Below, in pieces: positions 1 through 9,620 of a stretch of 10,301 nucleotides of DNA (position 1 is its first letter; every line of letters starts with the position of its first letter). Made by a program: the position numbers and the translations under genes. The notes under the pieces were generated by a model. The model was not told the DNA's origin. It saw only the letters and a list, made by a program, of their open reading frames with translations, and did no database searches. The DNA is taken from assembly GCA_965233585.1 (NCBI GenBank), contig CBDDTI010000541.1, positions 1 to 10,301 on the forward strand, given 5' to 3'. Origin of the DNA: a bacterium (GTDB lineage: Bacteria > SAR324 > NAC60-12).

Positions 1-767
1 TTTGCATAGACACATAGTAAACTTCAACTTTTATTTTGAAGGAGGAGAGCTATAAACGGACAAGGCAAGTTTCTCTCTTTACAAATGGCTGCAGAGTGTT
101 ATTAGGAGACCTTTTGACAGTATTTTTTGCCGCGATTCAAGACGGCCTACAGAGCCCGTACCACGTACGGCTGAACAACAGAAAATAGCTATATTAATAT
201 TTCATTGCTTTTTCAAGATTTTCACCAATTGATCATGATTTGCTGGTTGCAAATTGTGAGCACAGTGACAATTGATTGATTTGTGCTCGATTAGGCACGT
301 CAACCATGATTACATTTTGAATCGCATCACGACGAAAATATATAGAAAAAAAGTTGTTATCCGTTATATTATTGCAATTCTTTCAGTGATTTCGTTCACA
401 CCGTACGGCGTCCGCTATTCACATTTAGTTTGTTTGAGGCTGGAGTGAAATCTGTATGAAGAAACATTTGTCACAAATAGATGAAAAAAAACCCATGCTT
501 TTTAACTGCTTTGAATGATTGATTGTTTCTGTCATATATGCCTCTAGCCATGACCGAGAACTAATAGATTTTGATAAGGTGCTGCTAGCAGTTTCGCATA
601 CTCACGAAACAAGTTTTAAAACGAAACGACATGTTAAGACTTTTTTCCTTCTGCAAAAAGAGATAAGGGAAAAGCCTTGGTCAAGTATTTAATGCATTTT
701 TAGCGCAAATACGAACTTTTATTAAAAATACACCCTCAGTGAAGTGGACGAGCAAATACCAAAGGCA

Positions 768-816
768 GGCAATCCTAATCCAATTAACTACTGTAGTTAA
801 TTTGGAGTGAATTGCC
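768..816. repeat. Long imperfect palindrome/hairpin
   Basis: Perfect core AATTAACTAC-T-GTAGTTAATT (782-802), extended by TCC/GGA (779-781/804-806, one bulged T) and GGCAAT/ATTGCC (768-773/811-816). Confidence 0.75.
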
Positions 817-2809
817 AGTTCTTAGGCATTGTCTGAGCCTTGTGTCGACAGAAGTTATATTTCAAAACTATCAAATATTGAAGCGGAGGGTATTCAAACG
901 ACACATAACGGACTGTAAATATATGTAACTTTAGACATCATGCAAAGTTATAACAATGCGTATTTTTACCCCTCAAAGATCAAAGAAGTGAGGGTAAAAC
1001 TTTCAGCGATATTTTGGTTTTATTGCTAGTCTATATTAGCCTTTGATTGACCGCAAAGTATAAGTATATGTAACAGATTTTTTCTAAAATAACCGGAAGT
1101 AGTATTCGGCCAACAGCCAATGAATATTTGTGTAGATGAAAAGCACAGAAGGAAAATAATAGGGCACTGAAGTTAGCCTTCGTGGAATGAATCCTACATA
1201 GCACTTGAGATAAATGAATTAAGAAGGGTTCTCATATCATACAGGACTGGATATTATCGCGTAACGCTCAACGGAGGGCTCAAAGAAAAGAAACTTCTCG
1301 CCAATCTTGTGCGATCGTGGTCGCATATTGAAAACACATCGCTCGCTGTTACTTGAAGTTAATTACTGCTGTTCCCGGCGTCACACGCAACCAATAAAAT
1401 GCCAACTAGTCGCGTTAGCAATTAATAACAGAAAATAAGATGTATAGCTTGCAACAAACACACTCGTACTACATCAGTTTCAACAAGAAAGACGAAATGG
1501 AAACAAACAAAACATAATTGAAACCAAGCTATTGTTTTAAGTGTTGAAGCGTGTCAATTAGAGCGCATCGAGCACAATGCGGTTGCAGAAGACATTCAAA
1601 AGAATGTTCAGATGCGTGATACAAACAGTCGCCCGTCTGCGGTCGCGATCGTTTGACCATTCAATTAAAATTTAGCTTAATAAACATACAGGTAAACTTC
1701 AGGGACTTACGACATTGACAAAGCAAAGTTGTCGTGTTCACTTATCCACGACTGCGGAAGGGAAGCCATCACAAAAACTAAAGCGTCCCTATGATTCTAA
1801 GGTTTCAGATGAGTATGCTACAAAAACGCATGGATTTTGAAGCGGTTTTATGATAGGTTTTGCAGAGACGATTGCTTTGTTAGTTCAGCGACGATTACGC
1901 GGGGCAAAACAGGTTGCCCTTCGTAAAATAAAAAGCTAGTTAAATATGGCAAGGGTTCGCGTAAACAATGCGCAAAGAAAATCGAGTGTAATGGCATTCC
2001 GGGTCCATAAAGCTTTAAATAGCTTATCGAATCTCATTTAAGATATTTCACAACAAGAAATGAATAGAATACCTGCAAAAGGTTGCGCTGTTACTTCATC
2101 TTAGAGTTTCCAGATTTTTAATGAGCCCATGGTCAATCAGTGTATTTCCCCTGATCTGTGCGACAAGGAATCATGTTTGATCAATATTGACCGCTGCGAT
2201 GTGCCCCAGTAAAGTGGTGCTAAGTCAACCGAAAGAAATGTCATCGGGAACGTGAAAAGTTATCATGAATAGGTCCTTGCGATCTGACGTCACAGAAATC
2301 TAAACTATGTATCATGCAAAGCTGTTCTGTTCAAGTTTGTGACAACAGCAATATTTATTGGATTCCGTACAGTATCGACACAGTGGTTTGTTTTGAAAAT
2401 AAATTCGTTTGATATGTACTCAGCTAAGCTCAATGGGCCCAGCGGCGTACTCGATGTCGCCATGATTGAAGGCGCCACACTGCTTTCGTTATATCATCAA
2501 GCTAAAAACTTTAAAGTCGGATATTTTCACAGACGAAAGTGATATGTAATGAGTTCTTGGAAGGAATGAAACGAAATTGATCGTAGAAGACTTTGCAGTG
2601 GCCATCTTGGGAGCCACATGACCTTGTGACCAGCATGCAGCTGGATAATGGCGCTCGCATGCAAAGAAACATGCATGCAAGTCTTTGCGCACACTCATTC
2701 ATTTTTCATCGGTGTGCAGATTTTATAAAAGCAAAAAAAGACGTTCAGATTACTGCATTTTTTCACGTACAAATGCTTATGTACGGAAAAATATCCGTGA
2801 CATCATTCT

Positions 2810-3979
<1,170 letters not shown>

Positions 3980-4087
3980 AAACTTGTGGTAAACTTCTGC
4001 AGCTCAAGAGAAGGCGTTACCTGGGCACGAGACGCTTACTGCGCATGTACGCTGTCATCTCAGAAGTACTCAGACTTACTCTGAACT

Positions 4088-4514
4088 TATGAAGAAAATA
4101 GAGGCAGAAACCGACACAACGTAGAATGTCTTTTTACGAAGGTGTACTATATTTCGGCTGGCCAAACCAGCCTTCTTCAGGTACAGTGTAAATTTTACAT
4201 CGGAGGTGTTTTACGTAGCACATTACCGGAAATACGTAAATCTATTTGACAGTGTAAATTAAAGATAAACAAACGGTGAAATTAAATAATAAATTGACAT
4301 AATAAAGGAAAAACAATTGAAAGGTTTCTTCGCGGATGTTCAGACCATCGGGATTAACTGTTCTGCCTTTTTGAATTAAAAAAGCCTCCCTGGCCTTTCG
4401 AATGGAGTCTCGGTTGAAAAAAAAATTTTTCTATGGGTATTAATTGCATGTCGTTAGCAGTGCGGTTAGGAGAGGACAAGAAATGTTTTGCGGCTGTAGT
4501 AGGTTCAGATTTAT
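4088..4514 (-). mobile_element. 3' end of a second Penelope-like element (probably Neptune-type): GIY-YIG endonuclease C-terminus, 3' UTR and hammerhead; 5'-truncated
   Basis: Minus strand 4512-4323 reads KSEPTTAAKHFLSSPNRTANDMQLIPIEKFF, then a +1 frameshift in the T9 run at 4425-4417, then NRDSIRKAREAFLIQKGRTVNPDGLNIREET. The HF...RxxREx...PxGLN pattern is the PLE GIY-YIG C-terminus. An AT-rich UTR and a hammerhead follow. The boundaries are approximate. Confidence 0.88.
4143..4185 (-). ncRNA. Minimal type I hammerhead ribozyme (PLE-associated)
   Basis: Minus strand: UGUAC-CUGAAGA-A-GGCUGG-UUUGG-CCAGCC-GAAA-UA-UA^-GUACA. It has both catalytic boxes (CUGANGA, GAAA), a 5-bp stem I (4185-4181/4147-4143), a 6-bp stem II, and a vestigial palindromic stem III (AUAU). 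Predicted cleavage is between 4148 and 4147. Confidence 0.88.
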
Positions 4515-4595
4515 AGATTTATAAGTTGCCTTATTGATTTAACTGAACACTGAACACTAACTATAACAACTAGTGCAAAACGCTTTCAATCTTAA

Positions 4596-5481
4596 AGTGG
4601 TACTATGACGAAAATCGCATCTTTCCTATCTAAGCCATTTTGAAACATAAACAAGTAGACTTCATGAGCAGATAAACACTGTTTGCTGTTTTCAAATGTC
4701 TCTTTTCGTTCCAGAGATAATCAAGTTTTTAAAATATGCGGAAATACGTAATACGTATGGGGAGTGTATGATGACATCATACACTCCAACAACAACAACA
4801 ACAACAACTTTATTAAACCAAATGATAATAGTTAATGGATGGCCTACCCCGCAAATAGCTAAAAAAAAAAAAAGCTAATCGAGGCGGGGCGAGCCAAATA
4901 CAAGAACACACCTATTAAAAGACAAACTTACACAACAGCAGTTAGTTTAACAAATTAAAAGTACAGATTACAAAAAGACTTATTAAAAGCTTTTTTGGCC
5001 ACCTTTGCCGTTCCATTTTCATATTTGTTAACAGCACTTCATATGCATGAACTAGCAAGCGTATAGATATGTTAGCTTGAGTTTGAGGCCTTTTTTAAGA
5101 TCTTTCAAGCTGAAAATCACTAACCTATTGAAATCCATGCAAGTGGGTGGGGACTGGAAAGGAGTGAGTTGCCATGGGAACAGAATTTTTTATAGCCATA
5201 GGTGTGTTTCCTGTAGAACTATCAGCCTGCCAAGTTTCAATATTCTGCATTGCAAATTGGCCAAGATAGCCCCATTTATCTGCTTGATATATATAATATT
5301 GGGTTGAGTGAATGACGTCATCAGTCATTTCATTTGCATATTTTACCCATTTTTCAAACTTAAATGCCTCCGGAACTAATGCAGATATTTACAAACCGTA
5401 AACGGCGTTTTCATTATTTCATGGAACTCTACGTGATACGCTCAAAAAATCAAGGGGTAAAAATTTGATCATAGTACCACT
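4596..5481. mobile_element. Non-autonomous TTAA-specific DNA transposon (MITE; Kolobok-like termini)
   Basis: Perfect 13-bp TIR AGTGGTACTATGA (4596-4608)/TCATAGTACCACT (5469-5481), flanked by TTAA on both sides (4592-4595, 5482-5485). Imperfect subterminal inverted similarity extends about 190 bp (e.g. ATGACATCATACACTC 4771-4786 vs GAGTGAATGACGTCAT 5306-5321). AG...CT ends fit Kolobok (RR..YY) better than piggyBac (CC..GG). Confidence 0.92.
4787..4980 (-). mobile_element. 3' tail of a CR1/L2-type LINE (or derived SINE) inserted in the MITE
   Basis: Minus strand shows a stem-loop CCCCGC..TAGCT-(T12)-AGCTA..GCGGGG (4889-4847), then AATAAA (4814-4809), then a (GTT)7 tail (4808-4788). This is the terminal architecture of CR1/L2 clade elements. 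The 5' boundary is approximate. Confidence 0.75.
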
Positions 5482-5485
5482 TTAA

Positions 5486-5537
5486 GGGGATTGGGGTGGG
5501 CTGTACGGGGCCCTACGGGGTTGTGGTGGGGAGGGGG
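5486..5537 (+). other. G-rich tract with G-quadruplex potential
   Basis: Seven G-runs of 3-5 nt within 52 bp, directly after the right TTAA of the MITE. Confidence 0.55.
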
Positions 5538-7020
5538 AGCGTTTAATTAAACGACCGTTTGCGATTAAAAGGAGACTTAAGGAAATCTAACTATTACAGC
5601 AATTTCCTTTTCTGTCATAAATGTAAGATCACAGGATAAGATTACGATACCTTCAAACAACTCTGATGCGAACAAACTGTTCGCAAGAACGCTAGAGATA
5701 ACGTTTTCACACGTTACAAAAATAGAAGAAATACCAGGCCGGAAGCCCAGTTAAAGATGTTAATCAAAGATTCGATCTGATGCCAACAAACTATTCATGA
5801 CATGATCGGCAGAGTGCAATAGTAACCTTTTGAAAAATTACGTTAACACAAAAGTAACTCCATGAAGTCTGAAGATGAATAAAGATGGCAGGAATTTAAC
5901 AGGGGTATAATACTGTAAAAGGAATTTTGCAATTTAAAATTTGACCTTTGGGATCTTTTGTCGGGCTGTCGACAGAACTGATCAAACTGTACAGTTCTGT
6001 AACTGAGTTGATAGGTCATACAGTTAACAGCCGGGAATATTGGTTGATATTACCAAAGTGTTTTAAAAATAAAACAGGTTACCTACGGAGAGCAGTCTGG
6101 TTGCACAACAGCTTGGCGCCTCCTAGGTCAGGGTTTGGGTCAGACTTTCAGGCTGACATTCATACGAAAAGATAGTGAGTATGAGAACTGCGTTGTTCGT
6201 ACTCGGAAACTCTGAGGATGTGTAGTACTCACACCACCCGGCATGACTAGTTGCATATTGGGCTGCACTCTTCCGAGCTGCAGGTCCCAAGATTCAACTT
6301 GACAAAACGATTCAGTTCAAGGCGATGGTATTGGATGAATAATCAAATAATACGGTCGTGGTCTTCGACGACAATTTGGTTCACTTGCTAAATACACATC
6401 ATCGACTAAGTAGAATCTCTATCTACAAGTGCAGTTTAGAAATTAAATGACGTATCGGTGCTCTTCATACGTTAACACATAGTCAAAATAAAGTTCTCGT
6501 CAGTTAACACAGGTCGCAGTTAATTGCCTTATTCTTGTTGTTTCACTGATGGGAAAACCGCATTTTGATACAAATCGAGTTTGTGCGGGTGAGATAAAAA
6601 CAATGTCTGGGTAACGTCAGTCGGTAGCCCTATTTCTACTTCTTAATTCTCCATCTAAAGACTGAACGCCCCGAGGGTTTCATGTTAAGTGAGTTTCACT
6701 GATATTTTTTCACTTCTGTCTGGCATTTCAACCCTTGACATCAATAAACAAAGAAACGATTGGAAACGAGAAGTGGAAAGTCGTTACCATCTGGGTTAAG
6801 CCTTTTAGAGTCACTCGGTACTTACAGTAGGAGCCCACATCATTTAAAGTTGATAAATTAGTCATTATCTTTCACAAAAACAGTAGACATGATTCATGGA
6901 TCTATAATGAGGTCAGGATGTTATCAGTCTACAACTGGAGAAATTTAGCTTTCGTACTAGGTATGAAACATTTTTATATTTAGTAAGTTTTTGTATGTAG
7001 TTAAACTTACAATTGTAATT

Positions 7021-7380
7021 TTTATATATTCTTTCGCTGATGATACTATTTCATTCTAAGCAAAGAAAGGTGTAAACAAACTCGAAATTGACATCAATGA
7101 CGATATTTTGAAATTGTGTGATTGGCTAGATTTCAACAAACTCAACTTAAAGTAAATCTATCCTTATCTATAAACTGGACTTCGAAGTCAGTCTATAAAT
7201 GTTCAATCTGTAAATATCCAAGCAGTTGATATTACTCGAACGATCGAAAAAGGTTTTAATCGACAATAGTCTCTCATGAAAGCCCCATGTTGATTATGGA
7301 ACTCGTTGAAAATAAGTAAAGGAATTGATACTGTGGCTAGACTTCGACATCTTGTACCATTTACTACTCTTCTGAATATT
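7021..7380 (+). mobile_element. Decayed CR1/L2-type LINE ORF2 fragment (RT C-terminal part), left half
   Basis: FADDT (7033-7047), INDDILKLCDWLDFNKLNL, VLIDNSLS*KPHVDY and LKISKGIDTVARLRHLVPFTTLLNI (7306-7380), with stops and frameshifts. These match the CR1/L2 motifs FADDT, WLxxNKLxLN, LGVLIDxxLSWKxH and KISKxxGxxxxLRH. Confidence 0.88.
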
Positions 7381-7384
7381 CAGT

Positions 7385-7407
7385 GGGGGGGGGGGGGGGG
7401 GGGGGGG
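7385..7407 (+). repeat. G23 homopolymer
   Basis: Read directly; it lies inside the left TIR of the element starting at 7381. Confidence 0.95.
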
Positions 7408-7434
7408 ATTTAGAGGGGGCGAGAGAGCCACGGT

Positions 7435-7813
7435 CCCGCCAGGGTTACTCCTTGTTTGGCCCTAAAGGGTATTGTTTTTGAACCGTTTTGGTCATAATTA
7501 TAAGGATCGATTTCACCTGATTTTGGCCATTTTGGTATGCGTTTTGTACTCTAGCCTTGATGTGGGTGTGCTTTTAAGAAGAAGCCACTTTTTTCATCAT
7601 TATGGAGGAGAAAAGCAACAAAAGCCCGTCACAAATTATGTTTCGGTAGTTAAAGAATTGTAACATGGGTCTGATACAGGGCTTTGATTTAAGGGTCAGG
7701 TCATAAATAGGGTAGGGAATATAGAAGATTTTGGTCATAAAATAAGTAAGTGTTTTGTGAAGCGGGCCGCACACCCCACCCAATTTTTCTAGCAGTAGCC
7801 CCTCCCCGCGGGG
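7435..7813. mobile_element. Nested non-autonomous DNA element with CCC..GGG ends and internal TTTTGGTCATAA-type subrepeats (EnSpm/CACTA-like)
   Basis: Degenerate TIR CCCGCCAGGGTTACTCCT versus reverse complement CCCGCGGGGAGGGGCTACTGCT. Internal motif copies at 7486-7497, 7521-7530, 7699-7710 and 7729-7740. It resembles an abundant coral repeat from memory. Confidence 0.65.
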
Positions 7814-8062
7814 GAGCCGTAGCCCCCCTTTCTTCTTGCATTTTCAAAGCGTTTTTGTAACCAACTATTAACACCAGTTTTATAATTATTCTTAAGATTG
7901 TGAGATTCAAAGTTAATAGAGGAGTTAATGTAGACGAAAAAAAATTTAACTATCAACACCAATCCGTCTAACTGTCTTTTGAGTTGCATTATTCAATCAG
8001 GCTTTCTAGCCCTGCAATCTGCATTCAGCCCCCTCTTACTGAATTTTCTTGATCCACCCCTG

Positions 8063-8140
8063 AGATTTACTGCTCTTTACATCAAGAGAACCCTATATTT
8101 CTTGTTCTCTATCTCGCTGCCTGAGCCACGTTCTCTAACT
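8063..8140 (+). mobile_element. Continuation of the same LINE ORF2 after the inserted MITE
   Basis: IYCSL (8065-8079) and EPYIS (8088-8102) continue the expected LLNIYxSLIxPYxxY motif broken at 7380. Confidence 0.65.
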
Positions 8141-8262
8141 CGCTCCAAACAGATTCACGGCCTACTTTCCTACTTTCATGGTTTTCAGCAGATAGTAACT
8201 TGCGTGCCAAAAAGTCAAGAATAAGCCCATAGTTATTTTCCTTCGCTAGAATTTGTATAGAG

Positions 8263-9019
8263 CGGGGTGGTGAATGGTCCTTCGATTCAAAAACCATGTG
8301 TCTTGCAAACTTTTCGCCGCAGTTTCACGGGTCTTTCAGTCTTTTTAGCGGTCATGTGCGTCCCGCAGTCCCGATTTTCAAGATTATCAAAGCTGTCTCA
8401 CAGTGTCGATTTGTTGCAAGGCTTTAAAAGTCACGCAGTACCGATTTTTCTTATACTTTTATTGAGCTCTTATTAACCAAACAAGAGGTCTGTATGCATG
8501 GGGGAATCTTGACTGAGGTCAAGATTCTCACATACAGACCGACTGAGAACGGTAAGATGTTTATCATATGGCAAACAAAAATCTAATTCGTTTAATGTAA
8601 CTGGTTTGTACTAGCTGGCATTTTGCTTGCCAACGGAGATGAGCTGAACTTAATTCTGCCAAAGTTTGCTCGTCCTCCCCCTTACTTTTGTTTTGCTCAT
8701 CAGGCTTTTTGAAACTTCCATAAATAAATATCGTTAGAAGGAAGTAGTCAATGATTTTGAAGTCTAAACAGTTCTCGATCCATTTCAGCCAATCAAATTC
8801 GTGAATTTTGTGGGTCCCAGTCTTTGTGATGCAAAGCCATGTAATAAATAAGTTTAAATGACGTCTGAACATCTTAGAGCTTCAACATGTCGAGCTCACA
8901 TTTAAGACACTTTGAAATCTCGGTTTCGGACTAAAAAGTCAAAATGTCTCCGGCTCGCAGAGAAAAACACTTCGGCCTCGCCGTTTCTCCAAAATCTCGC
9001 ATTTACCATGCACCACCCG
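8263..9019. mobile_element. Non-autonomous DNA element with GGGTGGTGAATGGT TIR and GTCTCGCA-like subterminal repeats (Sola-like?)
   Basis: TIR 8265-8278 versus 9005-9018 matches at 13/14. Many degenerate GTCTCG(C/G)A units occur at 8300-8445 and 8915-9001. Confidence 0.7.
8468..8848. mobile_element. Nested hairpin-bearing repeat (possibly a non-autonomous Crypton-like element)
   Basis: Hairpin GGTCTGTATG/CATACAGACC (8487-8496/8531-8540) enclosing GAATCTTGAC-TGAG-GTCAAGATTC (8504-8527). Second inverted pair TTTATCATATGGC (8560-8572)/GCCATGTAATAAA (8836-8848), 11/13. It separates the two GTCTCGCA-rich arms of the host element. Confidence 0.6.
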
Positions 9020-9504
9020 ACAAGGAATGGTGTCCCCAACGAACTTCGTGTGCTAAGAAAGTGCCTTTCAAACGTACATTATATAACTTGATTTCAGACA
9101 TATTCTTAACAATGTTATTGATTTGAGCGATATATATATCTATGAGCCTTAGCAAATTTTGCTACTTAATTAGCTCATTAGTTTCCATTGCGTATCTTGT
9201 CTACTTCCCTTTCTATTTCCGCTCTTATTTTGTTCACTTGACCAAATACTTTTTTCAAACTATATATTTGCTGATTCACGTATCAATATGTCGAGTTATA
9301 TGTTAGATTTATCTACTTAACATCTACGCAAGCGCACAAGCAAGATAGTACATTTATTAAAGGAAAATTAGCAAAGCTGATTACACAGTATAGGGATATT
9401 TTTTTCTAGTATATTTATTGCTGGATTTGTTGTTTTTCTTAGGAGAGAGGAATATAAAATGATATAAAACTTTTTTTTCTTCATTAAAACTATATGTTCC
9501 ATGC

Positions 9505-9620
9505 AACATGCACGAGTAAACGCCCCCGGCGTTAAATTAAAAATCGGCAGTCTTGACCCGGCGTTTTCTTCGAGGCCGGCGTTTAATCGGGCTCTGGCGT
9601 TTAATCGAGAGAATACGATA
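9505..9620. mobile_element. Short degenerate Tc1/mariner-pogo-type MITE with CCGGCGTTT subrepeats
   Basis: Four C(C/T)GGCGTT units at 9526, 9558, 9576 and 9594. Inverted pair CGAGTAAACGCC (9513-9524)/GGCGTTTAATCG (9596-9607), 11/12. The right end AATACGATA resembles the AATACGG-TA terminus; the left end is eroded. Confidence 0.6.

Larger units (their letters stand above)
7381..8062. mobile_element. Non-autonomous DNA element (CAGTGG/CAGGGG-type ends, hAT- or Harbinger-like) inserted into the LINE
   Basis: Left end CAGTGG(Gn)GATTTA versus right end reverse complement CAGGGGTGGATCAA. It interrupts the LINE frame exactly and has an imperfect flanking duplication ATATT (7376-7380)/AGATT (8063-8067). 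The superfamily is uncertain. Confidence 0.65.

Noticed and set aside
964..999. Hairpin TTTTACCC(C)TCA...TGAGGGTAAAA
   Set aside because: An 11-bp AT-rich stem with a bulge is plausible by chance, and there is no supporting context.
1..2500. Long degenerate or stop-recoded reading frame
   Set aside because: Some stretches look protein-like, but all three stop codons occur at roughly random density in the frames I read, and I recognised no motif.
4696..5328. ORFs 4696..4878, 5077..5307 and 5125..5328
   Set aside because: They lie inside the non-autonomous MITE and LINE tail and contain no transposase motifs.
5662..5796. CRISPR-like repeat-spacer unit
   Set aside because: Only two copies with a 93-bp gap, in eukaryotic context with no cas genes. 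Retained only as a tandem duplication.
5869..8705. Other CTGANGA hammerhead boxes (about 5869+, 6497-, 7037+, 8697-)
   Set aside because: None is followed by a stem II and a correctly placed GAAA, so there is no second hammerhead or retrozyme array.
9129..9178. (TA)n palindrome and small TAGCAAA/TTTGCTA hairpin
   Set aside because: Short and AT-rich, as expected by chance.
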